Source of the DNA: Candidatus Heimdallarchaeota archaeon
GTDB lineage: Archaea; Asgardarchaeota; Heimdallarchaeia; Heimdallarchaeales; Kariarchaeaceae
Reading direction: 5' to 3'
Length of the DNA: 36,915 nucleotides
NCBI GenBank assembly: GCA_015523565.1
Contig: WAKA01000060.1
Span: 1-36,915, forward strand
Positions 36,020-36,915 of the stretch are shown piece by piece. Both the position numbers and the translations under genes were made by a program. Each line of letters begins with the position of its first letter. The stretch's first letter is position 1. Under the pieces are notes generated by a model that searched no databases, had not been told where the DNA came from, and saw nothing but the letters and a program-made list of their open reading frames with translations.

Positions 36020-36099
36020 TCACCTCCTGCTCCTGAATTGAAAAATTCAGTCTACGCAGGTTTTTCGTAGACGAAAGTAAGCCTTGCCTGACCTACTCC
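36020..36099 (-). promoter_or_regulatory. Structured uL1-operon 5' leader (putative L1 autoregulatory element)
   Basis: Hairpin GGAGTAGGTC/GGCTTACTTT; hairpin GTCTACG/CGTAGAC; alternative fold CCTGC-GTAGA-CTGAATT[TTTC]AATTCAG-GA-GCAGG overlapping the SD. Confidence 0.7.
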
Positions 36100-36122
36100 T
36101 CAGTTCTATGTCTTCCTCAACT

Positions 36123-36130
36123 TTTTTAAA
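36123..36130 (-). promoter_or_regulatory. Putative TATA box of the rpl1-rpl10-rpl12 operon
   Basis: TTTAAAAA on the minus strand, about 24 nt upstream of the first leader hairpin. Confidence 0.55.
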
Positions 36131-36211
36131 TATGATGAAGCATTACATAGCCCTTTTCTTTTCCATCTTCGTTTTTTACTTGCCATCCAAACGCGTTATT
36201 TAAACTATTAT

Positions 36212-36508
36212 TCACTCTTTAATAGCTCTGACTTTGTCTTCCATTTTCCTATCCTTGTCCCTCCTATCATCAATTTTCAAAGTGGTGACTACACGTTTTG
36301 CTCCTGCTTTGAATATTGTCTCATGCGCGAGTTTTGTCACTTCCAATATTTGATCAATCGTATCTGCCTCTATTACCGTACCCATTGGATGGTGAAGAAC
36401 TCGTATCCCTTCAAAGGAATCGCTTTCCCTTATTGCTTCTTTTACAAATTTACTCAGACTTGTTCCTTCTCCAACAGGTGACGTAACCAACTCGGCAATT
36501 ACCTTCAC
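36212..36508 (-). CDS. MTH1187/YkoF-like thiamine-binding protein
   Basis: IAE…P.GEGTSLSKFV.EA, PMGT.IE, H…GAKRVVT.LKIDDRRDK…ME.KV. Confidence 0.92.
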   Translation of the reverse strand: MKVIAELVTSPVGEGTSLSKFVKEAIRESDSFEGIRVLHHPMGTVIEADTIDQILEVTKLAHETIFKAGAKRVVTTLKIDDRRDKDRKMEDKVRAIKE

Positions 36509-36915
36509 AAAACAAATAGTTCTCACTTCTTCTTATTATTTTTGTTAATCTCTCTTTACAATTTGTGGCATTGACTCGTTTAAATGTGATTAACTACAAT
36601 GCTTATTCTGACTAATTTCCTACAAACGTAGTTTTTACGAAAATTGTGAAAAGGAAAAAAAGAAATCAAATGTCCAAATTAAGGTCTTTTGTCAGTTCTC
36701 CTTTCACAAATCACACAAACTTCAATTAACGTAGATGAAACGAATGTTATTTTGTAGTTTTGCACTAAGGGTTTAATGAAGGATAGTGTAACACTTTTCG
36801 TCATTATATTATTTCTCCCATATGTTTTCTTTTCCTATGGTTTTGTTATCATGAGGAAGTCCCGATGTCGATGCAAACGGTATTGTCGACTTGCCATTCG
36901 ATGCAGGTCCTAATA

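Noticed and set aside
36644-36710. Weak inverted repeat ttgtgaaaagg / cctttcacaa in the AT-rich intergenic region
   Set aside because: It is short and imperfect, as expected by chance in AT-rich DNA, and there is no transposase or target-site duplication.
1-36915. Genome-wide TAG recoding (pyrrolysine code)
   Set aside because: TAG ends tupA, the pilin-like gene and LRR1 at plausible termini, no conserved housekeeping gene has an internal TAG, and no pyl genes are present here.

Overview
Archaeal chromosomal window, probably Asgard/Heimdallarchaeia-like. This is inferred from archaeal uS19/uL22/eL14/uL1/P0/P1, Cbf5, tandem PurP, P-stalk tails ending [12 protein letters not shown] proteins and a RING protein. 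About 1-16 kb is an accessory region. It holds the 3' end of an Rpn-like protein with 8-aa repeats, two convergent paralogous LRR genes, two orphans, a secreted S8 protease plus membrane partner, a truncated MvaI-type N4-C methyltransferase, two decayed copies of one gene, an 880-aa membrane protein with about 22 tandem 14-aa repeats and a C-terminal RING, an ABC-2 exporter, a stop-interrupted glycoside-hydrolase-like gene, a cell-surface protein and a DNA-MTase-like orphan. About 16-37 kb is metabolic and housekeeping: BioY, a beta-lactamase-family hydrolase, a split long-chain-alcohol-oxidase-type GMC pair, an RNase II/R, TupABC, a DMT, uS19-uL22-Cbf5, eL14, a pilin-like protein, ThiL, two PurP, uL1-P0-P1 and an MTH1187 protein. 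Best leads: (1) the uL1 leader holds what looks like a circularly permuted L1-binding motif that overlaps the SD, has a mutually exclusive competing hairpin, and precedes a non-canonical ATA start; (2) the membrane/14-aa-solenoid/winged-helix/RING protein; (3) the LRR pair, which shares a Trp-rich C-terminal module, with one paralog continuing in homologous sequence past an in-frame TAG. No tRNA, rRNA or CRISPR array was recognised. All family calls come from motif recognition by eye; no searches were run.
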